Of a stretch of 64,000 nt of DNA, positions 50,248 to 63,749 are shown piece after piece. The translations under genes and the position numbers were made by a program. Source of the stretch: Vermamoeba vermiformis (lineage: Eukaryota); NCBI GenBank assembly GCA_045837725.1, contig JBEWZL010000276.1:62001-126000 (forward strand), read 5' to 3'. The notes below the pieces were generated by a model. It ran no database searches and was not told where the DNA came from. It saw only the letters and a program-made list of their open reading frames with translations. Numbering within the stretch: position 1 is the first letter of the stretch; each line of letters starts with the position of its first letter.

Positions 50248-53200
50248 ATGGAGAAGAAAAGAAAAGCAGATGAGGAGTGGATCTATCAGGAGAACGTTAA
50301 AAAAGCTCGCGTTGAATGCCAAGGTATTTTTAGTAATTTTGCGCGACTGCAACACGCTTTTTGCGTTAGTCTCTTATTTGATTAATTTATTTTTAAGTGT
50401 CAGAATAAAACGGGAATAATCTTGATTTTGATTACAACTTTGCAACTAACAATACTATTAGATGCAGATTTATTTCTACTTATCCCACACGAAATTTTGG
50501 AAATCATTCTTTTTTACGAAGATCCCCTGTCAATTATCCTGCTCTCGCTCACATCCAAGAACTTGCAAAGTCTCATAAAGCGTCAATTGACAAACAAGAA
50601 ATGGTACAATATTTATTTATTGGCACGAAAGCGATTTAGATTGAAAATCGAAGGAACTGTTCTAGACAAACGTAAGTTTATTTTTTATTCTATTTATCTC
50701 AAATATCTGACAAGTATCTAGTCCTTAAATCTGCTCATGGATGGGGAGGACCGCATCACGTGGCTGTATTTGAATGGGATTTTGAGCATTGGGATTCTCC
50801 CGTGACTAGCGATTGCGTGAAGGCCCAACAAGATCTGATCGCGGAAGACGAGCACTTGGTGCAATTCCCCATCAAATATTTTATCGACGGTAAGCCAATA
50901 ATAAACTATAATAAGCTATTGGTATTAACTCTTTTCTAGAGACTACAGTCACGTATCCAGCGGAAGTCGCGCCTGCAGACCACAAAAGCTACGACGAGAC
51001 AGTTGACTACAAACGTCTTGCTGTGAAAATTGAATCGAAATTTCATCAATATGAGATATGGAGAGACCTGAAGCCCCTGGATGAAGCGTTCCATAATACA
51101 GAGTGCAGTTGTCTCAAAGAAGAAACGGATCTGGCTCTGTACGATGCAAATGACCAAGAAATGCAATCAAATCTCGATGTAATTTTGCCCGAGAATTCAC
51201 AATATGAGGACACATTTGAGCACGGCTGGGACGAAGATGAATCTAATTCTTCACACGACGAATCAGATTGCGATGCCAAAACAAATCTTGGTATGCATGA
51301 CATCGCTGATGAACAAATAGAACTCGCTAAAGACCAAGAAGATACGACAGCGGATCTGAAGAAAGAAGTCGATGATAATAATCAAGACGCAAGTGAAGAG
51401 AGTGACAATGAAGACGAAGAAGAATATGATGGCTACATATCAATCGAACAGAGAGACAAGCTGCTAGAGTAAGTTATTCGTTTCATTAACCATTCATGAA
51501 CTAACTTACGTGTACAGAGCCATAGCGACATCTGAACGCTCGCTCAAGCTATTCATTCACGTACTGAGTGCTGCAGTGCTCGGTCATTGTCCTGCGCCAA
51601 GCTGTCACGACTCAGTTTTGATTGCCGTAAGATTATTTCAATATCGGATCCGGACTAGAAAGTGAATTTTAACGAGTTCAAATTAGACGGCCAAATACAA
51701 GCACCCAATTGTACGAACAGGAGATGTTCTTGACGAAGTGATTACTCAGCTCAAATACGCTACTACACTCGATCAGCCCTCATCCATTATCTCGACAATG
51801 ATTTGTGCCCTTCAAAAGCTGCGAGTTGCTTATTTACTCTTCTTGAAACAAGGCACTGAACAAAAATACCCGTACTTAAGTGCTGTTTATTCAGGTACGT
51901 GAAAAAAATTCGTATGGGATGAAAAATTAATCTCACGCTTGAGCATAGTGTTAGAAGTAGAAGAAAATATGCCACTTCCTTTCTATATCGGTGACAGGTG
52001 CGACACTTTTTATCTTGACGAGTCAGTGAATCCGTGGACGAGTTATTTTCAAGCTGACTTTGCGACAAACAATGATTTTGAGACGATGCCCGATTGGCTC
52101 TCACGTAAGTAACAGGTTGTATACTCCCTTTAGTGTATTAATCCTTCCTATTAGTTCGACATTCAATGCTTCGCTTAATGAGAAAGGCAGGAGTTGTTTG
52201 TGCCACGCCAAATACACCAGGTAAAAAAAACGCCATTGAAGAATTACCAATAGATTTCTAATTATTTTGTAGAATTTGCGGTTCAGAAGCTATGCGAATT
52301 CATTCATAAGACGTTATCATCAATTGTACAAGAAAATTCGACACATGAAACAATTGATGTCACTAGCAGAGATATGCTAAAGGCAATTGAAAAAGCGACT
52401 AGCCAAAAAGTCTATACGGATAATGTTGATTTCTATTACGAGAATCCTATCGTGATGAATTCAGACAGCGAGGATTATTCGGACTCGGAATCAAGTGTTG
52501 ACAGTGACTGGGTTGACGAACCAATTACGGACTTGGAAAATGCAGAAACGGACGCTGTTGATGAAAATGATACTGTACCCGACGACCCCTTGCAGAGTAT
52601 AGTCCAAGAAAGTTTGAAAAAGTGTGTCAAGCACGCGCAATTTGACGCAAAGGAGGACCCTGAAGAAAATGAAATTTTGGATGTATCTGACGAGGAGAGC
52701 GATTCAGTTGAAGACCTGAATATGGAGATGTAAGTTTGAGCTCTGAATAATTCAAAATAACTGAACGAGCTATTACAGTTTGGATGATTACTGGGATGAA
52801 GTAAGAGAAAGCGCTCGAGGCGCTCACCCGACTACTTCCTTTTTCATGCCCAAAAATCTCACCGAAGAAGCCATTTATTATACCAGTCAAGAGTTGAGCG
52901 AGCATGACACCGTGGCCAAGCAATTCATCGAAAAATATGAAGATGACGTTCCTTTCCATGATATGCCTGAGGACCAGCGCAAAAAAATTATCGAACTCAG
53001 ACGTACGTTAACTCCTTAAACTTCAATTATTCGAGAGTTCTAACGAAATTTCCTCCAGAACAAACGAATAAAATGATCAAAGATCAGTACGAAGAAGAAC
53101 GCAACGAAGGATTGACGGCAAAGGTAAACACTAAGGTTGACTGCTCATAGTATATTAATCAATATTTTAGTTTAAGCGAATGAACGACAATATCGACAAT

Positions 53201-53928
53201 TACGATTCGTCAATTCGAAGTGACGCGGATCAATGCAAAACAATGATTATTGACTTGCTCGATCACAAAGCATTCAAACAAACCATACACAATGCTTCAA
53301 AGATCATTCGTAAGTAATGATAACCGATGGCCCTAACTCTCAGTATTACTGACGCCATCGTACAGGTTCGAACTCAGTCCTGAAGTCAGTCAAAATAATG
53401 AACTTAGACGGCACGATTCCTTCGCACGAATTGTTAATCGTGCAACTGTTCGACGCCATTGCATCAAGTCCGTCAATTTCATCGCTCGTATTGTTCCACT
53501 GCCAATTCAAGTCATACGCACCCTTGGCCGATTTACTTCGCAAAAAGGCGTTCACGAAGTTTCATATGAAGTACCCTATTGATTTTAAGAATGGTCAAGT
53601 TGAAGATGAAGACGCGTTCTTGTCAGCATTACAAAGTCAACAATCACTCAAAGATTTGATGCTGCCGTTCAACGATAAGGAATCAAAGAAAATATATCTC
53701 AAAACAATCTCCGCACTACTTAGTCAATTAACAACACTGCACTTGCAATGGTGGGGCGCTTCTGAATTGAATGTATTCGATATTGAGCCATTAGAAGTGG
53801 TTCTGAAGCAACCTCATCGACTTGAGTTGGTCGTAATTCACAATTTTTGGCGTACATTCAGCACTAGCTGTAAAATTCTAACCGTATTGGATTCACTGAA
53901 CATCAACTACACTATTCAGGATCAATAG
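50248..53928 (+). CDS. F-box protein with long acidic tracts and C-terminal RNI-like LRRs
   Basis: LFLLIPHEILEIILFYEDPLSIILLSLTSK (F-box), D/E-rich exons, LRR-like terminal exon; could be two genes. Confidence 0.6.
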
Positions 53929-53966
53929 CGTATAAATCATAAAGTTGATTGAATTAGCACAATTTA

Positions 53967-54953
53967 TTAATCGTGTTTACTATTCTTCTTATTCAATTTA
54001 CACGTTGGGTTTTTCTGTGGCGGCAAAGGCTCGTACGATCTCGATTGGTTTCGTAAAGCTGTCGTAAAATCGTACATTGGCTGATGAATCTTCTCTACGG
54101 CGCATTTTATCATCGATTCTACTTGACTACGACAGTTATCGATATTTCCTTGGTTAGCATTAGCGCATCTGGCAAGCTCATCCACGGCAGATTTGCAAAA
54201 TGTAGGCACGGCACATAAACTTAGCTTAGCAGCTGATAATATTGTTTTTTCGTCATCAATACCATATTTATCGCTATTAGTGTCATATTCCACGCTCTCG
54301 TCATTGCACAAAGTTGAGATCTTCGAAATGGATCCTTCAAACTCCATTCGGAACTTTGCTACTTCTAAATTAACTATATTATCCATATCTATATGAAGCA
54401 TTAGATTAATATTATATCAATTTCACAATGTACACGTACTAATAAGTTCGCCCTCGCAATTTTGATTTGGATCTGCTTTGCTTTCGTTCGCCTCTTTTAG
54501 GCAGCTTTGAACTCGATTTGCAAGGTCTTTATTATTGGTATTGTTGCATACGCAAAGGCCCCACTCTGTAATCTTATTGTGTGTGCGAGTATCTTCATCA
54601 CCTGAACGCGATCTTAGCAACACAATATGAATTAACTGTAATTTGCATACCATATTTTTTAATATGTTCTTCAACGTCACTATAAAGGGAGAAACACTTC
54701 GCAAGTTTCATTCGGTCAGATCCAGATTTCAAAAAATATTTTCTAAAATACTGTGTGAATTAATTAATCAATATTCGTATTTTCGTTAATAGTAATAATT
54801 ATTATAATTTATTATTCGCGTCAACAAGCGCGGTAATTAAATCACGGATCGATAAACGTTTGTTTTGCAAATAGATCGACTTACTGGAAGGAAGTATTTA
54901 TCCTTTTCGGTGAATATCGTCTTTAATAAATTATTCTCGCTTGTGGTCTCCAT
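53967..54953 (-). CDS. Cys-rich helical protein with twin CX9C motif (paralog of 62741-63565)
   Basis: METTSENNLLKTIFTEKDKYFLP, GLCVC, CKSAVDELARC..CRSQVESMIKC. Confidence 0.7.
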
Positions 54954-55052
54954 TATCACTTTGGCTGAGTGAATAAATTTTACCGCGCTTCTGGCTTGAC
55001 TAATTTTTTAAATTAGAAGGAATACCACAATCGTTCTTTCTGCATTAATGAT

Positions 55053-57032
55053 ATGCATAAAATGAATTATGAACAACTCCATCTGGCTTATTTGCCTCGA
55101 AGTGCAAAGTTTTATGGAGTCAGGCGCGAAGAAGTCGAATCTCGCCTAAAAGAAGGCATGAAAATTGGAAAATATAATGAGTGGCTATTGAAAGAACCGC
55201 GTAAACCAAAAGATCAACAATTTCAATGGTGCGGCGGTATGTTACAAAAATTTGCTAATTTTTAATTTGTAAGATTATTATTTCTAAAATACTGTATTTT
55301 AACCGTGGCTTACAGAATCAGAAATCGAGGAATTATATTTTTTATTGGAGATGCAAGGAGTTTTTGGTGTTCCAGAACTGATCGGATTTGCAGAACGTAA
55401 ACGGACCCGCAACGCAAACAGTTTTTATTTTGCTAAGAAAAGATACTCAAACGAGTCTCCTAAACACATGAGCGTCACTGATATGGCTCTTCAACTTCTT
55501 CAAGTGCTCGAAATTATTCATAAAAGTGGTGTCGTGCATTGTCATCTGGGCGGAAGAGGTGCTATTCGATGGGACAACGACGAAATTAAGGTAACCAAAT
55601 TTATTAATTTGCTGGTTAAATCTATTATTTACTATGACTAAGATTGCTTGGTGGGACTCGTGCACGTTTCACGGTGACATTGATACCGGATACGGTAGTT
55701 GGAACGACGGACAAAAGCAGCAGCCACCTTACGACATGATATGCGCTGGTCGATTAATAAGCGAATGGATACTACAATATGGATCAGAGGATAAAGAATT
55801 AAAGAGACTTGTGGAGGTGTTGGTACGTTATGTTCGAGATCCAACACGTTTTTCGCTCACACTTTTAATCACAGACAAACCCCGAGCCATCAATGCGACT
55901 GTCAGCGAGCAATGCAATCAAAGCACTGCAGACAGGAGTGTACGACATTCCTGAAATACCAAACACTTTTGACTACGAGTACGTGTGAGCCATGCGCATT
56001 GAACTGACCACTCACTTTTATTTTGACAAGAGCTTTGTTGGATTGCCACAACGAAATTAGTCTCTCGAAAAGAGTAGACGCACATTCGTACTCACTACTA
56101 AGTGACACAAAACAACGAAAGCTCACAGACATTTTTAAAAACTCATCAGGAGTGAAGTGGAGACAAGCTTCGATGAATTCTTATCGCTTTAAAAGCAAGA
56201 AAAAAGTTCCACGAGTGTTGTTCGGCACACTTGAAGGCAATGAAGTATGTGGTAAAATCCGATATGGCGCACCGTTCAAGAACCCCAAAAATACTAGGTG
56301 GGGAAGCAGCCAGTACGACATGACATTGTTGATTCCACACGAGTTCTTCGTGACACAAATGATGAGTGGCAAGAAACACTTCCCAACCTTGCTCTCATTC
56401 GAGATGTTTCGATGCAACGAGTGCACAGGAGTCGTGATGACAATGCCTCGATATCATCGCAAACCAAGGAACAAGAACGTGATCAGAATGGCAGTGGAAC
56501 TACTGACAGCGCTGAAGACACTTCACTCGTATGGACTGATTCATGGTGACATTGCTCCGTCAAATATCATGTGGGACGATGAGGATAATCTCATTGTAAG
56601 TATATTTGCTTTAACACTATTATCTCTTGCTTTACATTTAATTAATTAACCGCTACTGCGTGCAACGAGCATTTAAATTTGACCTACCACGCTAATCATC
56701 TTTAATTAGCTAATCGACTATGACTGCGTCCAGTTCATTAAACGAGCCACTGGAAATGATCGGTATCGCCTCGTGGGACAAAAAGGATTTGTTTCAAAAG
56801 ATAACCTCAAAACATTTGTTGCGGATGTGTTCAGTGCTGGCAAAGTTCTCGAGTACTACTCGAATAAATGGAATCAAAGGAGCGATGCAATAACTTCGCT
56901 CATTAATGACATGGTATTTGCATAATAACGACACCTAGGACATACATACTAATGGTTGATTAGACGGAAGAAAACTGGTGTAAGAGGCCGTCAGTGGCTG
57001 AGGCGCTGAATCGATGGCTCGCTTTGACTTAA
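55053..57032 (+). CDS. tandem divergent kinase-like protein (degenerate first domain; second domain has HGD and DYD)
   Basis: Domain 1 ALQLLQVLEIIHKSGVVHCHLG; domain 2 AVELLTALKTLHSYGLIHGDIAPSNIM..LIDYD..ADVFSAGK..KRPSVAEAL. Confidence 0.7.
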
Positions 57033-57304
57033 GAAGAAACTTACTTATTTATATCTCGCCGTTAACACTTGCAGAGTACAACGAGAGGATCACTAGCTCG
57101 CTACACTAATTCCAGCCCATCCGCCAACAGCAAGGTTGATCCGATCGAACTACTGCAGCTGTCATTCCTTCTCGGGGTTAATAATTAATATTGCATGTGT
57201 ATAACAGTTCATTTTTGCTCCGTCATGTTGTATTTGCTTGATTTGTGTCCGCTTAGATGACGTGCCGATTGTTTTCGAAGTATTTTTTTCAAGATTAAAA
57301 TATC

Positions 57305-60148
57305 ATGAACACACGTAAAAGAAAGCGAACACTTGATAGTGAGGAAGAATCTTGGAATAAATCTCACAGCTCAGAGATTGGTGATGAAGATTCGCCCATT
57401 GATCTCGAGCAAGATCCGTCAGTAATTAACACGCGAGCTAAAAGACAAAAGAAAAATTCTGTAATATGGTAATATTATTATTTTGTTAAAAGGCGGAATA
57501 TAACTGTGTTTCTAGTGCCACCAATGAGGAAGTAATTCAGGCGACGGTAGAAAATAAGCAATTTTCAATATCACCCGCAATAACCTCACTAATAATCAAG
57601 AGTATGTTAATTAGTTATTATAATAATTATTATTATTAATTTTTCTAAATTAGATCTTGAAATTGAGGGAATGTATGCTGGCCGTAATTTAGGCTTGGCT
57701 CTTTCTGAAAGCATAAACAACATTACGCGAATTGATATCCATAGTAAGTACTACCAAATAATATTTTCAAGCTCGTAAAACTAAAAGAACCCTCTGAGAT
57801 TGCTCTTCGGATGTGATCAGGTCCGTTCGGAAGAGCATTAAAACAAGCAAGAAACTTATAGAGCTACTTATTAAAAGTAAGGCATATAACCGATTATTAT
57901 AAGATTGTTAACTAACAAGTCCCAGACGAAAAGCAAAATGCAACTGATAGCGGCGAGTATCGAGATCTGGCTCCACTTCTTCCAAGGCTACAAACACTGT
58001 GGCTAGAAAGTATGTATTAACCTTAAAGACGCTATATTTACTAAGATCTATTCTGCAGATTGTACACTATCTCTAGATACGATCAAACACGTTTTTGGAT
58101 CTGTCGTTCTCGTCGGAGCTCCGTTGAAAAAATTGGGAATTATCAGTACGTCGTTATTATTGCAATTATTATTTAAATAATAATAACGCTGCAATATATA
58201 TAGATGCCAAATTGACACATGACGAGTGCGCAGTAATCGCAGATTGCTTTGCTGGCAACAGAGGTGGATCCATGAAACTTGCCCAATTAAATCTATCTCG
58301 TACGTTAATAGCTCTTATTTGAATATATTTTTCTTAGAATTTAAATATTTCAGACAACCCGATTAAGGCTACACATGCGATCGGTTCCTTAGTCGAGCGT
58401 ACCCAGCCAGAAGAGCTGGATCTGACTGGTAAGTTCATTAGGTGAATATTCTCGATCGTATTATTAACTTATATTAATAAGATTGCGAAATTAATGACGA
58501 AGGGCTCCGTCCCTTGGCGAATACATTGCACCATCGAATGATCATTAAAGATCTGAAACTTGGAAGTAAGTCAATTATGGCGGTCATTATTTTGATATGA
58601 ATTACTCATCAAACATTATAATAATAGAAAATATTATCGGGCATATCGGACTGAAACACCTCAAGAAAAAAGTAAACAATAACTTCAGCCTGTTCTCTTT
58701 GGATCTGCGAGGTATTTAATAGCGGTAAAAACAAAATGAAATTATAATATTTTTTTTCTTAGGTATCAATATTTCGCCTATTTGTGCTCGCATATTGAGC
58801 AAATTGAAGAGCAAAAGTCTTAAAACTATTCTTCTCGGTAAGTCGCTAATTTAAATTTATACTCAATAGTACTAATAAGATTAACATTACTTAATATAGA
58901 CGTTGATATTCCTGCTGTCATAGATTTAACTACAAAAAATAAGTTGTTGGACGGATTCAACAATTCAGCTTTATTACAAGCGATTCACAGCGATAAATGG
59001 GACGACGTTTGGAATATTATTAAGCAAAAACCAAACGTGCCTCTACGCTACTTGATACCGCTAGACAAAGTTCCAATAGCAAAAGTTCATAAGTTACATA
59101 CTTTGGCGTTAGACACTTTGAAAACACACGTGTTGGATCTGGTCGCAAAACAGAAGGAAGAAATTTCTAAGAAAGAAGGCGAGAAAGAACGCTTAGAATA
59201 TCTTACTAAGAGGAAACTAGACCTTGAAAATGAACTTAAGACGATCAACGAGGAGTTGAACGATATGAATAATAAGCAAGGCCGCGAAGATATGATGAAG
59301 ATACGAGAAAAAGATATTGAAACGTATTCGAGTTGTTTGCGGCAAACTGAACGATCAATGCAAAATATAGAACGAGAAATACAGGCCTGGAAAGAATTGG
59401 TCAAGAGAAACGTCGCTGATTGGTCCAAAAATGAAGTGCAAATGTTCATGAGAAATATTGGATTGAACACGTACGAAGGCGTTTTTAACCAGAACAAAGT
59501 CACTGGCAGCGTGTTAGTTCGTCTTTCGACGACAGATTTTCATCAGTTAGGCCTCTCATACCCGCACACAATGCGCGTTGTCAAAGCGTTGTTCCTCGCG
59601 AAACACTTTCAATCGACAGAGGCCCCGCCGGGTATATTACATTGGACTATGAACGATGTCAAAGACTGGCTCACGAAGAACAATTTTCAGAGTCTAATTG
59701 CCACCTTCACAAAGACTCAAGTACACAGCGAAAATTCCTTTGAAATTTCATTTACTAACTGCAGCAGATCACTGGCAGCGAGCTCTTGTTCCTGCAAACT
59801 CCGGACTTGAAGAATTGGCTACAAATTGACACGCTCGCTGAACGTGTCAGACTCGAACAAGCCATCAGCATGTTGAAGAACAGCGTTATCGAAGGACAAC
59901 AGCAGCCAGAGGTCAAACCGAAGCCAAAGGTGCCTAGTCACTTCAAATGTCCGATCACGCAAGAGATTATGCAAGATCCGGTTGTCACTAGCGACGGTCA
60001 TACGTACGAACGGATCGCTATCGAAAATTGGCTTGCGAACCACGATACTTCACCAATGACAAACGAGCCATTAGCGAACAAACAAGTGCACCCGTGTCAC
60101 TATCTTAAGAACATGATTAATGAGTTCTTGCAACAGAACCAAAATTAG
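57305..60148 (+). CDS. RNI-like LRR, coiled coil, two SAM domains and U-box (putative E3 ligase)
   Basis: Many short LRR exons; WSKNEVQMFMRNIGL and WTMNDVKDWL (SAM); VPSHFKCPITQEIMQDPVVTSDGHTYERIAIENWL..TSPMTN (U-box). Confidence 0.85.
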
Positions 60149-60226
60149 CAAGATCTCCAGATCCGAAGAGGTAAGTGCGACCAATTTTTATTTTTAAAAC
60201 TATAGCAGATAAGTATAAGATTAAGG

Positions 60227-60998
60227 CTAATTATAGTTATTAGCAGCAGACATGACGTTCTCAACGCTTGTTTTCACCGCGTCCATGCTCGCTTCGGTGA
60301 CTTCACTGTTGCCGCGACGAACACCAAAGACAATGCCAATAATCAACGCCACAAGTGCTACTACACTACCAACGACGATGCCAGCAATAGCACCACCACT
60401 CTAACGAAACAAAAAATGAGCAATAATTTCGAAGTAAATTTCGCATATAGGAATGACGTACCAGTCCCGAGTCATTAGGGGGTGGACTGTCAGCCAAACA
60501 GTCGCCGCCAGAGCAGATGTAACCAGGTTTGCAACAATAAGACCCACAACAGACGGGGTAACTCGACGAACAGCCGCCAGGGTTGCAACAGACTTGCGTG
60601 GTGGAGGCGTCGTAACATTCGTCGGGGCAGCAGATGCCAGATCCAACGCCGAGGAGACAACAAGGATTGGCCGAACCCGAGCAACAGCTTATAGTAGAGT
60701 AACTGCAAGTCACACTGCCACATGCCACGCCTTGTTCTACGGCTCTTCTTGCGTTGAAAGTGGAGTCTGGATTCAATTAAACTCAATTCGCCAATTTATT
60801 GCCTACAAATTTATCGATCAAAAAGTATAATGCTTACTCGGCAGTATCATTGGAATCTTAATAGGTTGTGTTTCTAGGCCTAGTTAATTAACTGCGTTAA
60901 TACGGGGAATGAAAAGGACGAGATCTGTTCAAAAGTATACCTAAAATGCAGTTCAAGCAAAGAGAGAGCAACAAAGCGAATTGAATTGGACGTGCCAT
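60227..60998 (-). CDS. Cys-rich single-pass membrane protein
   Basis: Signal peptide, CC-rich ectodomain (CCSGSANPCC..CCPDEC..CCGSYCC), TM SGGAIAGIVVGSVVALVALIIGIVFGV followed by RR. Confidence 0.75.
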
Positions 60999-61307
60999 GA
61001 TGTGTGGTTATGTTTGATAGTTAACACTAGTTTACAATTGACCACTTTTATCTTTTTTTTTTCCAATTCGCCGGCGAATTCGTCAACCCGTCATTCGCAA
61101 TTTTGTGCGCATTTTTAGACGTATCTTATTCAAACCCGCATCCAGTTAACTTCTCTTTTGTCTTCTGGACATACTTTCCAGACAAATGCTTAAGAATCTT
61201 ACAGAAAACTCGGCCAGTACCAAGCCCTTAACTTTGCGAAGTCCAGAAAATTTGTCCCGTCAGCCCACAAAGCACGAGGCAGTCATTGACACCATTAAAT
61301 TGAAACG

Positions 61308-62432
61308 ATGAGCCACAAACGAAAGCACGAAGATGTAAAAGACGAATCGTCAACTAAAGACAAGTCAAACAAAAAGCAACGAGTGTTGGATTCGACTGAA
61401 GAAGACAAGAATCATATTCGCAAGCTGTGGAACAGACTGAACAACGCACTGGGTCCTGTCGACATACCTGAAGCATCTGACACAGAGATTGATGCATGGG
61501 AGTCACAGCGAAAGAAGAAGCTCGAAGAAAAATACCCTGATCGAAACTCCTCACACTTCAAGTTCCCTCCAGAGTACCGCGACTACTTGAAAGTCACTGG
61601 CAAAGTAGAGAGAGATTTGGATGAAACCGCAAAAGTGGCGGATCCACGACAGAAAGATCGGATTTGTTTCAGTGTCTTCTACGGCTCTTTCCTGCAAGGG
61701 TTTGCTACCTCCTGCTCCAAAACTCACGGCGAAGTCACAGCCAAGTCATTTTTGGATCCGTATTGGATGATGTTTACGAAGGAATATTCGACATTCGGCA
61801 TGTTTTTTATCAACTGCAATTCCGAAGACAAAGAATACGGTGCTATCTATCGCTTTCAAAGCAATGACAGTGAGGTCAAGAAAGTGTTCGATTCATTAGC
61901 GGAATATTTGGAGTTTGTTGATGGGTACCTGAACGATGTAGTGCAATTTAACAACTTCGACAACTATTTCGTACTCAATTACGACAAGACGAAGAAAATC
62001 AAGAAAGATATCGATACGATAGTGGACGATATTTGGTGGATATTACCAATCAAGGGGAACAAGTCAGCGAGAGATATTCGTGATGATATGGCAAGTAAAC
62101 AGAAAGCGATCTATGTGCGGGCCAATTCGCAAGCCCAGAGACAAGCCCAAATGTCTTTTGAAACGAAAGATGACGATGCAATTGTTTTATCGACCAAAGA
62201 CAAAGAGTATCCTGTCAAGATAGATTTCGACGACAAATGTGTCGTGATCCGAAACTACTTTTCAGGCTACGCCTTCGAAACGACTTTGAAAGAGGCTTGC
62301 GACTTATGGATAGCGACGGAAAACGGTTATTTTGAAATTTACATAGACTTGGACAAGGCCAAGAAGAAAATTACGAAGGTTATCGATCTCTTCCTCCCTC
62401 GTGAAGGAGATATTTTGGCTAAAAACATGTGA
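61308..62432 (+). CDS. SMI1/KNR4 (SUKH)-domain protein with N-terminal NLS-like segment; intronless
   Basis: ASDTEIDAWE..FKFPPEYRDYLKVTG..FFINCN..EYGAIY..KVFDSLAEYLE follows the SUKH pattern; MSHKRK..KKQR. Confidence 0.7.
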   Translation: MSHKRKHEDVKDESSTKDKSNKKQRVLDSTEEDKNHIRKLWNRLNNALGPVDIPEASDTEIDAWESQRKKKLEEKYPDRNSSHFKFPPEYRDYLKVTGKVERDLDETAKVADPRQKDRICFSVFYGSFLQGFATSCSKTHGEVTAKSFLDPYWMMFTKEYSTFGMFFINCNSEDKEYGAIYRFQSNDSEVKKVFDSLAEYLEFVDGYLNDVVQFNNFDNYFVLNYDKTKKIKKDIDTIVDDIWWILPIKGNKSARDIRDDMASKQKAIYVRANSQAQRQAQMSFETKDDDAIVLSTKDKEYPVKIDFDDKCVVIRNYFSGYAFETTLKEACDLWIATENGYFEIYIDLDKAKKKITKVIDLFLPREGDILAKNM

Positions 62433-62740
62433 TGCAATGATACTTGTTAATTAAAGATTTGGAGTCCTTCAAACAATATCGACTCACTTTTTAGTTTTGG
62501 CGACCCTACGCCTGCCTCGGCCAAGTTTGTAAATTTGCCGACCACGGGACGCGTATCCTTCACTTTGATATGACAAATTATATCTCTTTCAGCAGATTTC
62601 GCCCCAACCCTTCGTCGTCGAATCCTCGCAGTGTCAAAAAAACGCGTACAAAAAAAACTCTCTGAAGGTTGAGCTCATGTGTGACTTTGAACAATCTTTG
62701 TTCATGAACTAAATGTCATTTAAAAATTACGAACACAACC

Positions 62741-63565
62741 ATGGACAACGTTACTCTATTTAAGAAGATATTTTCAGATCGCGATCGGTTTGCAAAACCC
62801 GTAAGTGTTGAGAATATTCGATCTGTCGAGATGAAGGTTTTTGTTCGCAGCAAAAAATATGAAAACTCGATTTAAATCATGGCATAATAATCCATTAACA
62901 TATAAAATAGTTTCGTAATTATTTGGACCAAAATGCGACACATCCGAAACTTTCGTGCACTGAAGAAGACCTGAAACGATTTAGCTTCAAAAAAGGTAAA
63001 TATTGGCCTTATAATTTAATAATTAACATCTTATTTAAGAATCACTCAAGCAGACACTGAGTTTATTGTGCCTTTGTGAGCCGATTAGACCTGAAATAGC
63101 TAAATCCGCTTATGAATGCTTGAAAAGAAATGAAAACCAAGATATGGTTCTCCTTGAGTGTGAGATAGAAGTCACAGGTAAACTCATTACAAAAATCTGG
63201 ATTTGGGTTGCTCATCCGCTTACCAACTTTCTTAAAAAGCCCTGAACAGAACAGTTCATGAAGTATTAGATAAGCTTAACGAAGATAACAAGCGATTTGA
63301 CCAGGTTAAAAGCGCTTGCTCCGAGACTTTGGAAGAATTTTTAACCCAAGCAACAGACGACAGCGCAGCGAGATTCCACGCGTGTTTCGTGCCCTTAATT
63401 TGCAGTAGCCAGTTAAAACGAGCCATAAACTGCGTAAATAAGAACCACGAAGAGTTGCATGGCTGTGAGAAGGATATTGACGAAATGTTGATCTGCTCGA
63501 TTGACATGTGGACTCAGCATCTGATGAAGATTACAAATTATAAGCCTAAGAGTGATGACGAATAA
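62741..63565 (+). CDS. Cys-rich helical protein with twin CX9C motif (paralog of 53967-54953)
   Basis: MDNVTLFKKIFSDRDRFAKP, LLCLC, CSSQLKRAINC..CEKDIDEMLIC. Confidence 0.7.
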
Positions 63566-63749
63566 ATCGACATTTCAATGTTGCCGGGAATCCGATCGAT
63601 TTATTCCGAACGAAACTTGTACGGGACATAATCGAACCATTTATGTGAAACACATTGAGTTCAGCTCAACGAGGGCAAGTACTTTGGCCCAAATACAAAT
63701 AGAACCATTGCTTATTGACATAACTATTTGTTTAATTATTTACATGCTA

